Positions 48,643-57,840 of a DNA stretch of 64,000 nt are shown in pieces; position 1 is the stretch's first letter; each line of letters starts with the position of its first letter. Both the position numbers and the translations under genes were made by a program. The stretch comes from Candidatus Woesebacteria bacterium RIFCSPHIGHO2_02_FULL_42_20 (GTDB lineage Bacteria > Patescibacteriota > Microgenomatia > UBA8517), in contig MGGS01000013.1 in assembly GCA_001792535.1 (NCBI GenBank), forward strand, positions 64,692 through 128,691, given 5' to 3'. The notes beneath the pieces are model-generated. The model was given only the letters and a program-made list of their open reading frames with translations. It was not told the DNA's origin and did not search any database.

Positions 48643-49152
48643 CTATTTTAAACGCGGGAGAAGATTTTTGTATATTGTTACTTTTTGAGACTTGCTCATT
48701 AGGGCATAACGCGGGGATGGAGATGGGAGAGTAATGAGTTCAATTTTGGGAAATTTTAGAATAAGATCTTTAAATTCTTTTTTGAATAACTTTTCGACGA
48801 ATCTGCTGGTGAAATAAATTGAGGTGATTTTGTTTTTTTTCACAATCTCGGCAATTGCTTGGGTGTTAAAAACCAGGCATTTAAGGTTCATGTCCGAATT
48901 ACTGTTATTTTCCCGATCGCATTCCAGAATGATATCGGTAATAGCCAAGCCTAGTCTGGTGAACAGATGTTGCTGGGCTTTTTTTGTTCGGAGATTTATG
49001 CCGTATACCTCCTCGAGTATCGGCCAGAATAGATTTCTGCCATTTGCGTAGAACCACTCATAACCATCTGCTGGTTTAGCGACAAAACTGCCAAGAAGCA
49101 AATACTTGGACTTTACCAGGACAAAATTCCCGAATGGGTGTTTTTCAATCAT
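48643..49152 (-). CDS. Uracil-DNA glycosylase superfamily (MUG-like) protein
   Basis: LLLGSF, FYANGRNLFW, LPSPSP. Confidence 0.8.
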   Translation of the reverse strand: MIEKHPFGNFVLVKSKYLLLGSFVAKPADGYEWFYANGRNLFWPILEEVYGINLRTKKAQQHLFTRLGLAITDIILECDRENNSNSDMNLKCLVFNTQAIAEIVKKNKITSIYFTSRFVEKLFKKEFKDLILKFPKIELITLPSPSPRYALMSKSQKVTIYKNLLPRLK

Positions 49153-49160
49153 GAGCTGTT

Positions 49161-49430
49161 TTACAACGGTTTACCCGCAGCAGACTCGGCTAATAATGCT
49201 ATGGTGGCTACAAATTCACCTTTTCCTGCTTCGTAGTCGTGTTGTCGACCGTAGGCATCGCTCATTACGCAGTGCGTGTCCAGAACTTGCCACGTTGTCA
49301 TTTGTGGGTGTTGTTGAAGATGCTCCGATGCTGGACAAAAATTTAAAGAGCAAACGGTACTTTTGGTGTCATTTTGAAAACACGGTGTTGGCCCATGGGT
49401 TTGCTGTAAACAAATTTTCTCCTTCTTCAT
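49161..49430 (-). CDS. Small Cys/His-containing hypothetical protein
   Basis: ORF co-oriented with neighbours; no family recognised. Confidence 0.4.
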   Translation of the reverse strand: MKKEKICLQQTHGPTPCFQNDTKSTVCSLNFCPASEHLQQHPQMTTWQVLDTHCVMSDAYGRQHDYEAGKGEFVATIALLAESAAGKPL

Positions 49431-49641
49431 GATAAGTAAGTATGAATTGTAGCAGAATCCCAGGATTTTTTGTATGGAGTGATTGACTTTGGTACTCTGA
49501 AGGTCAAATTACAAATCGTAGAAAAAAGTTAGCGCATCATATGTTATCCCAAGTAATGCAAATATCAATCAAGGACTTCTTTTAAGGCTCATTAGCTAAC
49601 CTGGCGGATTTTGGCGCATCGATTTTTATGATAGACTCTAA

Positions 49642-50217
49642 ATGTATTTGACGCGGAGAATATTTTTGATACATGGTTGGGGAGGAAGTCCGAAAAATGA
49701 CTGGTTTCCTTGGGCTAAAGAAGAACTTTCTAAAAGTGGTTTTGATGTAATTGTGCCCGAAATGCCGGAAACAAATCACCCTAAAATTGGCTTATGGACC
49801 AACAAATTAAAAATGGTTGTCGGGAAACCAAAAAGAGATGATATTTTTGTTGGCCATAGTGTTGGTTGCCAAGCTATCTTGAGATATTTGGAAACCATTT
49901 CAGATAATGTCGATAAAGTAGTTTTGATTGCACCTTGGTGGTATTTAACGTTGGATAAAAATGAAGAACAGTCAGACGCTGATCCTTGGCTAAAAGCAGA
50001 TGTAGACTTTGATAAAGTTAAATCAAAGGCTAATAAATTTATTGCCGTTTTTTCTGACGATGATCTATATGTACCGCTTCAGGAAAATGGTGAATTTTTT
50101 AAAGAGAAAATAAACCCCGAAATTTTAGTCGAAAACAAAATGGGTCACTTTACAGAAAGTGATGGTGTCAATAAAATTCCATTCCTTACAAAACTAGTAA
50201 AACAATCTTTTAATTAA
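49642..50217 (+). CDS. RBBP9/YdeN-family alpha/beta hydrolase
   Basis: IHGWGG, WFPW, GHSVG, SDDD.YVP, GHF. Confidence 0.88.
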   Translation: MYLTRRIFLIHGWGGSPKNDWFPWAKEELSKSGFDVIVPEMPETNHPKIGLWTNKLKMVVGKPKRDDIFVGHSVGCQAILRYLETISDNVDKVVLIAPWWYLTLDKNEEQSDADPWLKADVDFDKVKSKANKFIAVFSDDDLYVPLQENGEFFKEKINPEILVENKMGHFTESDGVNKIPFLTKLVKQSFN

Positions 50218-51376
50218 CGAAAGTGAGCGCGACACCTTTTTTGTCTGCCCTGCCTGTCCTGCCGATTCTGTGAATGTAGGCTTCGTAAGAATCGGGTAAA
50301 TCGTAATTAATAACGTGGCTGACGTTGGGTATGTCTAATCCGCGGGAAGCCACGTCGGTTGCTATGAGTATACGAATAATATTAGCCTTGAATCTTTCTA
50401 GAGTTCTGGCTCTTTGACTTTGTTTTTTATTTCCATGAATGGCATCTGCCTTAAAACCTCTTTTGACAAGTTCATTGGAAAGCCTTTGTACGCCGTGTTT
50501 TGTTCTTCCAAAGACGAGGACTTTTTCATACTCGGGGTTACTAAGCAGTTGGTGAAGTTTATTCACTTTAATGCTGGAATTAGAGACCCTAATAATACTT
50601 TGGGTAATGTTTTCTATGGTGTCCTTTGTTTTGACAGATACCGTAAAAGGTTTATGGACGAAACTTTGCAAAATTCCGTTTACTTTTTGGCTGATTGTTG
50701 CCGAGAAAAAAAGTGACTGGCGGACTTTAGGAAGAAGTGAAACTATGTACTTTATGTCTTTGATAAACCCGATATCAACCATTCTATCCGTTTCGTCGAG
50801 TACAACAACTCCAAAATATGACAGGTTGAGAGAGTGAGTTCTAAGCAGGTCTTGGATTCTTCCCGGGGTCCCGATTACAAAATTTGGGTTTCTCCTCAAG
50901 TCTCTGATTTGCCTTCTAATATTTGCTCCGCCAATACACAAGGCATAATGAATTCCAAGACCTTTTGAAAAGTCAAGAAATTCATCTCTAATTTGAGTAG
51001 CTAGCTCGCGAGTGGGGGTAAGGATTAATACCTTCTGACTCCTGTTTTTAAAAACTTTATCTATTAAGGGAATTAAAAATGCTGCCGTTTTTCCGGTTCC
51101 GGTATTTGCAATTCCAATAATGTCTTTTCCTGCCAGGATTGAAGGGATTGCTTGATCTTGAATAGGGGTCGGGGTTGTGTATCCCTTTTGCAATATGTTT
51201 TCTCTTATTCTATCCGAGATCTGAAAATCGGCAAATGTGTGGGATACAACCTGCTCTTCAGTTATCTGATTCTGGTGGGTTGCGTTAATGATATTTGAAG
51301 GGTCAAAAGATTTAATAGTTCTGTATCCACTACGGAAAGCGCCTCTTCTTTGTTTGTTATTAAACTTTCTATACAT
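50210..51376 (-). CDS. DEAD-box-type RNA helicase (DETD variant)
   Basis: TGTGKT, PTRELA, TPGR, DETD, SAT, HRIGRTGR. Confidence 0.93.
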   Translation of the reverse strand: MYRKFNNKQRRGAFRSGYRTIKSFDPSNIINATHQNQITEEQVVSHTFADFQISDRIRENILQKGYTTPTPIQDQAIPSILAGKDIIGIANTGTGKTAAFLIPLIDKVFKNRSQKVLILTPTRELATQIRDEFLDFSKGLGIHYALCIGGANIRRQIRDLRRNPNFVIGTPGRIQDLLRTHSLNLSYFGVVVLDETDRMVDIGFIKDIKYIVSLLPKVRQSLFFSATISQKVNGILQSFVHKPFTVSVKTKDTIENITQSIIRVSNSSIKVNKLHQLLSNPEYEKVLVFGRTKHGVQRLSNELVKRGFKADAIHGNKKQSQRARTLERFKANIIRILIATDVASRGLDIPNVSHVINYDLPDSYEAYIHRIGRTGRADKKGVALTFVN

Positions 51377-51550
51377 AGGTTACGCTTCGGATTAAAGAAA
51401 TAAAACTGCCTAAATTAAGAAAGATATAAAGTTGCGGAGAAAAGATACAAAAAAGTAGTTAACAAAATTGGAGTATCTTTATCTGGCGAAACTCAAAATA
51501 AACTTACAATTTAAGCAGATCTATGACTTCAACCTGCTGACTTGGAAGTA

Positions 51551-51579
51551 AGTGTATCACTAAATAACAGAGATGTCAA
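51551..51579 (-). promoter_or_regulatory. Sigma70 promoter giving an about 170-nt 5' leader for the helicase
   Basis: TTGACA-17-TACACT on the minus strand. Confidence 0.65.
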
Positions 51580-51603
51580 ATGACTATAGGGTTTTTGTGA
51601 TAT

Positions 51604-51759
51604 TTAAGTGAGAGCTTTGGTGAGTGCCTCACGGATGTTTTTCCCGCCAAACCACCCTCCGAGGTAGACGGTTGCGTGTTTGTTTCTGTTCCAGTCACGA
51701 AGGTAATATTTATCGATGCGCCCGCCCCTTTTTAAAAATGTTTGAATCAGCTCGTCCAA
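51604..51759 (-). CDS. Small hypothetical protein (about 51 aa; start uncertain)
   Basis: LDELIQTFLKRGGRIDKYYLRDWN...GWFGGKNIREALTKALT. Confidence 0.4.
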   Translation of the reverse strand: MDELIQTFLKRGGRIDKYYLRDWNRNKHATVYLGGWFGGKNIREALTKALT

Positions 51760-51904
51760 CGAAAGTTTAGTATTAATAATTCATTCTACACTTAAAAAGG
51801 GGCTTTGTCAGCTGCAGTTTGTTTGTTGCTTTTTTCCAAAGCTTTTTCAACAGCTGCTTCGGCCAAAAGTTGTGACACAGCTTCGGATTCGTAATTGGTG
51901 GGTT

Positions 51905-53662
51905 TTAAGAAAGCTCGAAGCCCTCGAGAAGTTTTTTGTTGCCCTCGATTTGATATTTAAGTAGATCCGAATATGCGCCTTTTTGCCTTGCCAGTTCTTT
52001 TGGCGTGCCCGATTGAGTAATTTTGCCGTTGTCGATGACTATGACGTGGTCGACGTTTTGCAGTGTTGAGAATCTGTGGGCGATAATGATAACCAGCTTG
52101 TCTTGCATCAGTTTTTCCAATGCACCCTGGACTTCCATCTCACTTTTGGCGTCCAAACTGCTTGTCGCCTCATCTAAAATCAGTATTGGGGCATTTTTAA
52201 GAATTGCCCGGGCAATCTGGATTCGCTGCTTTTGGCCGCCGGAAAGCTTTACCCCGCGCTCTCCTATTTCGGTGTCGATTCCCTTGGGAAGTTTTTCGGC
52301 AAAACCTAAAGCATTTGCCGCCTTGAGAGCTGCTATAATTTCTTTGTCCGAAGCCGGTGTTCCGTAAGCGACGTTTTCGCGCACACTTGTTGAGAAAAGT
52401 TCATTTTCCTGAAAAACCAAAGCGATGTTTTGCCTTACCTGGCTAAATTCCAAATTTTTATAACTTTTGCCACCGATATAAATATTGCCGCGCCTAGGTT
52501 CGTAAAGCTTTAAAATTAAATTGGTTATTGTTGTTTTGCCGGAACCCGAGTGGCCAACCAGTGCCACCTTTCGCTTGGCTGGAATTGTAAAAGAGACGTC
52601 AGTTAAGACTTTGCCGGAATCTTTGTAGCTAAACGACACGTTCCTAAATTCCAAAGAATGATTGGTAAGTTTTTTATAATTAGTCTTTTTGTCTGTCATT
52701 TCGCTCCCGGGAAGCTCCAGTATTTCGAAAAATTCTTTGGAGCCGCTTTCGGCATTTTGCAGTTGGGTCAAAATGAATGACATGGCGAACAAGGGCCTTC
52801 TGGCTTGGATAACCAATTGAATTATGAGCACCATTTCACCAATGGTTATGGCACCTTCAAAAGTTTGGTAAAAAACAACGACGTTTATCCCCAAAAGAAT
52901 GATAACCAAACTTAAGTTTCGGGCAAAATCTATCAAATGATAGGTTTGGCTTTGACCGGCGTAAATTTCATTTACCTTAGCTAGTCTCTTGGACACAAAA
53001 TTATACTCTTTGGTCTCGGTCAGAAAGCCTTTGACTATCTTTATATTGCCTACCACCTCTTGGATACGGCCTCTTAATCGGTCTTCAAGCTTGTTTTTCT
53101 TGACTTCTTCCCGGCCCCACCTTAGCGACGAATAGTAAGAAAGTGCCAGGTAGATTGGGAAAAGCATGAATACAAAGCCGGCAATGGGCAAGCTGTAGCG
53201 CGCCAGAATGAGTACGGTGAAAATGCTTTGCAAAAATGAAGGGAGGATAAAATTTGTTGCTGCATTGGTGAAATTTTGAATCGTAGAAATACCCCGACTT
53301 AATTGATTAACAATTTTGCCCGACATTTCGGAGTCAAAATATGTTTGGGGTAGAAACAAAACTTTGTTGTAAAACTTTTCGGTTAAAAGTTTTCTCTGAA
53401 GCCCTGCAAAGTGGTCACCCAACCGGTCCGAAATTCCCGAAACGACAATGCCGATAAAATTTAGGGCAAACATCAATGCTATTAAAAATGTCAACGTCTG
53501 CTGACTACCGCTTTCTTGGGCGACAATTTCGTCGACAATCGATTTGGAAACGACTGGTGTGGTCAGCTCTAAAAGAGCCGAAGCGACAATTAGAAGCGTG
53601 ATAATTGCCAGGATTTTATAGAGCGGTCTGGAGACTTTTACAATTTTAAGTATATTTTTCAC
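51905..53662 (-). CDS. ABC transporter fused permease/ATPase (exporter)
   Basis: GHSGSGKT, LSGGQ, ILDEATS. Confidence 0.93.
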   Translation of the reverse strand: MKNILKIVKVSRPLYKILAIITLLIVASALLELTTPVVSKSIVDEIVAQESGSQQTLTFLIALMFALNFIGIVVSGISDRLGDHFAGLQRKLLTEKFYNKVLFLPQTYFDSEMSGKIVNQLSRGISTIQNFTNAATNFILPSFLQSIFTVLILARYSLPIAGFVFMLFPIYLALSYYSSLRWGREEVKKNKLEDRLRGRIQEVVGNIKIVKGFLTETKEYNFVSKRLAKVNEIYAGQSQTYHLIDFARNLSLVIILLGINVVVFYQTFEGAITIGEMVLIIQLVIQARRPLFAMSFILTQLQNAESGSKEFFEILELPGSEMTDKKTNYKKLTNHSLEFRNVSFSYKDSGKVLTDVSFTIPAKRKVALVGHSGSGKTTITNLILKLYEPRRGNIYIGGKSYKNLEFSQVRQNIALVFQENELFSTSVRENVAYGTPASDKEIIAALKAANALGFAEKLPKGIDTEIGERGVKLSGGQKQRIQIARAILKNAPILILDEATSSLDAKSEMEVQGALEKLMQDKLVIIIAHRFSTLQNVDHVIVIDNGKITQSGTPKELARQKGAYSDLLKYQIEGNKKLLEGFELS

Positions 53663-53782
53663 CCTGATATTTTAACTCCAAACACACTTTTACAAAAGAG
53701 AAATTTTAACCAATTTCCAGAATCAATTTTTCCTGCAACAAAAGATCGTTTAAGTGACTTTAAATTCTAACCATGTGGTTAG

Positions 53783-53805
53783 GCTGAGCGGGCCAGTCTA
53801 GGACC
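53783..53805. repeat. 23-bp direct repeat, copy A
   Basis: GCTGAGCGGGCCAGTCTAGGACC; 22/23 identical to 54607-54629. Confidence 0.85.
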
Positions 53806-53814
53806 TTCTTGTTC

Positions 53815-54588
53815 TTATATTATTACGTTATAGGGAGTTGGGAGTTTAAAAAGAAAACTTCCGTAATTTATCAAGTGTCCCAGATTATTTTTAATTGCCC
53901 ATTTAGTACATATCTTTCGATTATAAAGTTGTCCCTTTGAGGTTAACCTATTCTTTTTCCAATAAGATTCATGTATTTGATGATAACTAAGCCATTTTAT
54001 TGGTTCCGGTAAGCCAGATTTTAGCATTGCCGCCATAACACAGGCATCCCAGGCCTCAAAACCAATTAATGCGTCGGGTAAATTTCCTTTGTGGTTATTC
54101 CACCACCTTCGGGTGAAAAAGAAGACATCTGAACCAGCAGACCAACGACCTAGAGGTAGCTTATCTCTCAGTTGATCTCTGGTAATAGTATTTTTAGGAA
54201 GGTCCTTTTTTGAAAAATCTACTCTATGAGAATACCCACACTCCCATTTTTTCAGAGAGTCTCTAATAAAATTTGACGCGTTAGTTACAAATGAGATGTC
54301 GGAATTTGTATATAAGAATAAATCACAATCAGGATAGGCTGAAAGGCCGTAGTCAACGACATCTTTTAAAAATGGCATAGTTTTCTTCTCGCCCAAGCTT
54401 AAAGAATTTCTTTGTCCATTTTCTAAACTAAACTCTGCAATTAAAAACCCATATTTATCGTTGTTGTAAAATTCCTGCCATGTTCTTTTTGCTCTTATCA
54501 TCCTGTCCGTGGTTAAATTGTTTGCTTTCCACCAGTTGTAGATATGAACTATCTTCTTATTCATAGAGAAATTTGTGAAATTATACAC
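53815..54588 (-). CDS. Glycosyltransferase-like (GT-A) hypothetical protein
   Basis: YTNSDI (DxD-like), GSDVFFF, AWD, H..H pattern; AT-rich. Confidence 0.55.
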   Translation of the reverse strand: MYNFTNFSMNKKIVHIYNWWKANNLTTDRMIRAKRTWQEFYNNDKYGFLIAEFSLENGQRNSLSLGEKKTMPFLKDVVDYGLSAYPDCDLFLYTNSDISFVTNASNFIRDSLKKWECGYSHRVDFSKKDLPKNTITRDQLRDKLPLGRWSAGSDVFFFTRRWWNNHKGNLPDALIGFEAWDACVMAAMLKSGLPEPIKWLSYHQIHESYWKKNRLTSKGQLYNRKICTKWAIKNNLGHLINYGSFLFKLPTPYNVII

Positions 54589-54606
54589 CGGACAAGCTAA
54601 TAAAAT

Positions 54607-54629
54607 GCTGAGCAGGCCAGTCTAGGACC
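54607..54629. repeat. 23-bp direct repeat, copy B
   Basis: GCTGAGCAGGCCAGTCTAGGACC. Confidence 0.85.
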
Positions 54630-54646
54630 CAATTGTCCCATAATCG

Positions 54647-55048
54647 CTATTCCAGCTCAAACCATAATGGACTCTTTTTTGGATTACCGTTGTAGTAATT
54701 AACTGTTATCTCATCATCTTTCTTAATATTTTTTAAAGCAACAAAATCAATTATCATATCTTTTTGTTTTATCTTGAATCTTGCGTTTCGTTTATATGTA
54801 TGGTTATATATTGATCCAAAACCCAAGGCAATTGCTGATCGTTCCTTATTTCTGCCAAAATAAAAGAAATAAGTAACAAGAATACTCTCTCTTAAATTAG
54901 ATGTGTCGTATTTTGGAACTTCAATAACAGGGCATCTTTCAATAATTTCGTCTTTTTTAATATCATGCCTGGCAAAAACACCTCGGCCTGCATTATGAAT
55001 TTTTGATTTACTAATATACACATTGTCAGAAGCGGGAAAATTTTTCAT
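54647..55048 (-). CDS. SET-domain protein-lysine methyltransferase
   Basis: GRGVFA, YNHT, EITVNY; true ATG at 55048 (the ORF-track extension runs through a tRNA). Confidence 0.88.
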   Translation of the reverse strand: MKNFPASDNVYISKSKIHNAGRGVFARHDIKKDEIIERCPVIEVPKYDTSNLRESILVTYFFYFGRNKERSAIALGFGSIYNHTYKRNARFKIKQKDMIIDFVALKNIKKDDEITVNYYNGNPKKSPLWFELE

Positions 55049-55090
55049 GATGTGATTATAACAAAGTTGATGTTGTCTTTGAGAAGAGAG

Positions 55091-55161
55091 CTGCCCAGCC
55101 ACGATTCGAACGTGGATTAGATGGTTCAGAGCCATCTGGCCTACCGTTAGCCGACCGGGCA
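55091..55161 (-). tRNA. tRNA-Gln (CTG), CCA not encoded
   Basis: TGCCCGG...GATGG-CT-CTG-AA-CCATC...GTTCGAAT...CTGGGCA-G cloverleaf. Confidence 0.93.
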
Positions 55162-55199
55162 ATAATGCCTTTGCAAGTATATCAAAATTATGGCCGGAA

Positions 55200-55859
55200 T
55201 CACACGATGGAGATTGAAGCTTCTTGTTCAAGGACTTGTAAACTTCCCACGACAATTTTCTTATGCGAGCGGGCTATAACTTTCTTTCTTGCCAATTTCT
55301 CCATGGCAAGACTTACGGTTTCTCTGGTAATCCCCGCTAAGTCCGCGATATCCTGGTGGGTGAGTGAAAGATCGATTAAAACGCTGCCATCTTTAAAACG
55401 CTTGCCAAACCTTTTTGCAGAAATAAGAATAGCCGAGGCAACTCTGTTATACGAACTTCCGTAAAGGAGTTGCGAAACATTGGTAAGCAGGCCATCCAAC
55501 CCTACCAGAATGCGTTTTGTCAGATCAAATAATACGCTTGGATCTTCTTTTACAAACCTTAGCACTTTTTCTTTCGGGACACGGTAAATATTAGCGGTGG
55601 ATATTGTCTGGTAGAAATAGGTATTTTTAGCCTCACCCAAGGCCCACATCATTGGAAAAAATGACCCGTGTTTGAATATATTTAACGTAAGCTCCGAACC
55701 ATTTTTGAAAATTGAATTCATTTTTACATACCCTTTGCTCAAATAGTAAACGCCATTGGGTTCATCCCCGGCGTTAATTAAGATTTCTCCACGCTTACAT
55801 TTCAAAAAGGTGCCGTGTGAGAAGAAATCTGAAATTTTTCTATCAATAACTTTCCCCAT
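55200..55859 (-). CDS. Crp/Fnr family transcriptional regulator
   Basis: cNMP-binding domain and LTHQDIADLAGITRETVS HTH. Confidence 0.92.
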   Translation of the reverse strand: MGKVIDRKISDFFSHGTFLKCKRGEILINAGDEPNGVYYLSKGYVKMNSIFKNGSELTLNIFKHGSFFPMMWALGEAKNTYFYQTISTANIYRVPKEKVLRFVKEDPSVLFDLTKRILVGLDGLLTNVSQLLYGSSYNRVASAILISAKRFGKRFKDGSVLIDLSLTHQDIADLAGITRETVSLAMEKLARKKVIARSHKKIVVGSLQVLEQEASISIV

Positions 55860-55862
55860 TGT

Positions 55863-55878
55863 TGTTAGAATTCTTACA
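55863..55878. promoter_or_regulatory. CRP-like palindromic operator
   Basis: TGTTA-GAATTC-TTACA between the divergent Crp and VOC genes. Confidence 0.5.
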
Positions 55879-55937
55879 GAATTAAACCCTTAGGTATTCT
55901 AAAATGCTTATTCTGTTTCCGAAAGGGGGTGATTAAA

Positions 55938-56321
55938 ATGATTAAAGGAATTGAGAGCGTGACGTTGTTTAGCGAAAACGCTAAAAAGTTGGCTGATTTT
56001 TATAGCAAGAAAGTCGGTTTAAAAGTATCGATGGAAGCCGAGATGGGTGACAAAGGCGAAAAACTTTTTGGATTTGAGTTTGCAAGTAGCAGTGGCTTCT
56101 ACGTCGTTGACCACTCAAGAGTCAGGGGTAAAAACAAAAATCCGGAAAGAATGATTGTCAACTTTGAGGTCGATGATATTAAAAAAGAAGTTAAAAAACT
56201 TTACAAGGCAAAGGTCAAAAAGATTCAAGAGATTTACCATATAGAGAGTTATGGCTGGATCGCCACTTTTGAAGATGTTGATGGAAATTATTTCCAGCTA
56301 GTTCAAATAAGACCCAGTTAG
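55938..56321 (+). CDS. VOC/glyoxalase family protein
   Basis: LADFY...NFEVDD...FEDVDGNYFQL. Confidence 0.85.
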   Translation: MIKGIESVTLFSENAKKLADFYSKKVGLKVSMEAEMGDKGEKLFGFEFASSSGFYVVDHSRVRGKNKNPERMIVNFEVDDIKKEVKKLYKAKVKKIQEIYHIESYGWIATFEDVDGNYFQLVQIRPS

Positions 56322-56397
56322 TAATTCGCTCGGGGAAGTTGGTGTGGGGGTGGGCGTGAATGAATAAGTAAAATAAATAAACTGTAATTTCAGTATA

Positions 56398-56934
56398 TTA
56401 CCAAAAAGGTACGCTTTCAACAGAGGTTGAGTTGTCTACTATCTCAATATTTAATATTTTCGCTTCCTCGGTTAAATATTCTTGAATCATTCTTGCTGAC
56501 TTAAATTCGCTACTTTTTAAATCTAGAAGTCTATCTACATGATAAAGGAATTGTATTCGGTGTCTTTTTTCATTAGCGGTGGTTAGCAGAATAGGCCTAC
56601 CTAATCGTTTTAATGAATATGGATCCAAGAATGCGCCTTCGAAAATTGCGGCTGTATACTTTTTAGCCTCGTCTGCTACTGCTTTTCTTAAAGCTAATCT
56701 AACTGCAATTAACCCCTTAATGGTGTTTTCTTTATTTAGGCCGCCGAATTTACAATATGCTTTGCAGGTTCCCAAATAAAGAAACGGGAACCGGTCTTTT
56801 GTTTTTCCTTTCCTTGCCTTTCTTTTTATTCTGTCCATTTCTACAACGGGCATGTTAAAGTTTTTCCCAAAGATTTTTGATAAACGTGTTTTACCAACTC
56901 CCGGGACGCCGTATATAAATATCCTTTCAGTCAT
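56398..56934 (-). CDS. P-loop kinase-like protein
   Basis: GVPGVGKT Walker A, IFEG. Confidence 0.7.
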   Translation of the reverse strand: MTERIFIYGVPGVGKTRLSKIFGKNFNMPVVEMDRIKRKARKGKTKDRFPFLYLGTCKAYCKFGGLNKENTIKGLIAVRLALRKAVADEAKKYTAAIFEGAFLDPYSLKRLGRPILLTTANEKRHRIQFLYHVDRLLDLKSSEFKSARMIQEYLTEEAKILNIEIVDNSTSVESVPFW

Positions 56935-56960
56935 AGTTGAATTATATTAGAATTTAATAC

Positions 56961-57602
56961 GTGGTGCAGAAAATTACAGGGCCGGTATTGATGGTGGGAG
57001 TATATTTCGCTTTTGTTATTGCTGGCTATATACTTTACGACTCCGGGGAGCTTGATGGCTTAGTTGTTTGGGCAAGACAGAATTTGGTTGTCTATTTTAT
57101 CTTTCTGGTGGCCGTAAAAACGATGGGTTTGATTTTCCCGCCGATTCCGGGTGGGCTTGTTACATGGGGATCTATTGTAATAATCGGTTGGCAGATGGCA
57201 TTTGCGGCTGATTTCATCGGAGCAATGATTGGTGCCATAGCAAACTACTACATGGGTAAAAAATGGGGAGTGACTATTGTTAAGAAAATTTTCGGAGACA
57301 CAATATCAAATAAGATATCAAAGTTAAAAATTAGAAAGGGAAGGGAGGTTGAGTCCGTGGCCGTTTTTAAAATTGCCGGCGGTGGAACTATTGTAGAGGC
57401 GATATCTTTTTTTGCAGGAATTATTGATCTAAACCTAAAACAGTTTCTGGCCGGAAGCGCAATCGCAAGCTTGGTAATCGGGTTGCCGACTTACATCCTG
57501 ACAGACAACTTACTGAGTTCCAGAAATATAGCTTTGAACCTGGCCGCAATTGTTGCCGGGTTTCTTGTTTTATATAAAGTGAAAGGACGGTATTTTGAAT
57601 AG
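56961..57602 (+). CDS. VTT/TVP38 (DedA superfamily) membrane protein
   Basis: PPIPG, GAMIGAIANYYMGK; multi-TM. Confidence 0.75.
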   Translation: MVQKITGPVLMVGVYFAFVIAGYILYDSGELDGLVVWARQNLVVYFIFLVAVKTMGLIFPPIPGGLVTWGSIVIIGWQMAFAADFIGAMIGAIANYYMGKKWGVTIVKKIFGDTISNKISKLKIRKGREVESVAVFKIAGGGTIVEAISFFAGIIDLNLKQFLAGSAIASLVIGLPTYILTDNLLSSRNIALNLAAIVAGFLVLYKVKGRYFE

Positions 57603-57840
57603 TTACCGAAATCAGATTTACACACGATATATAACTATCTAAATGAAGCCCGCTTGGTTCGAAGGTTATATTGGCTTTGATTGAATGCAAAAAGCAAATA
57701 TCGATTTATCAGGACTGGACTTGGTGGAACTGAGGAATACACTAAAGAGTATAGGGGTGGTACGTTTTACTTCTGAAAAAGGTTATCATAAAACACAACC
57801 CTAGGTGAAAAACCTAAATGACGGGAGTTAGGTCCTCAGC

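Noticed and set aside
55049-55255. N-terminal extension of the SET ORF
   Set aside because: It runs through tRNA-Gln; the true start is 55048.
57603-57840. Possible small ORFs or ncRNA in the intergenic gap
   Set aside because: Short frames with stops and no recognisable RNA motif.
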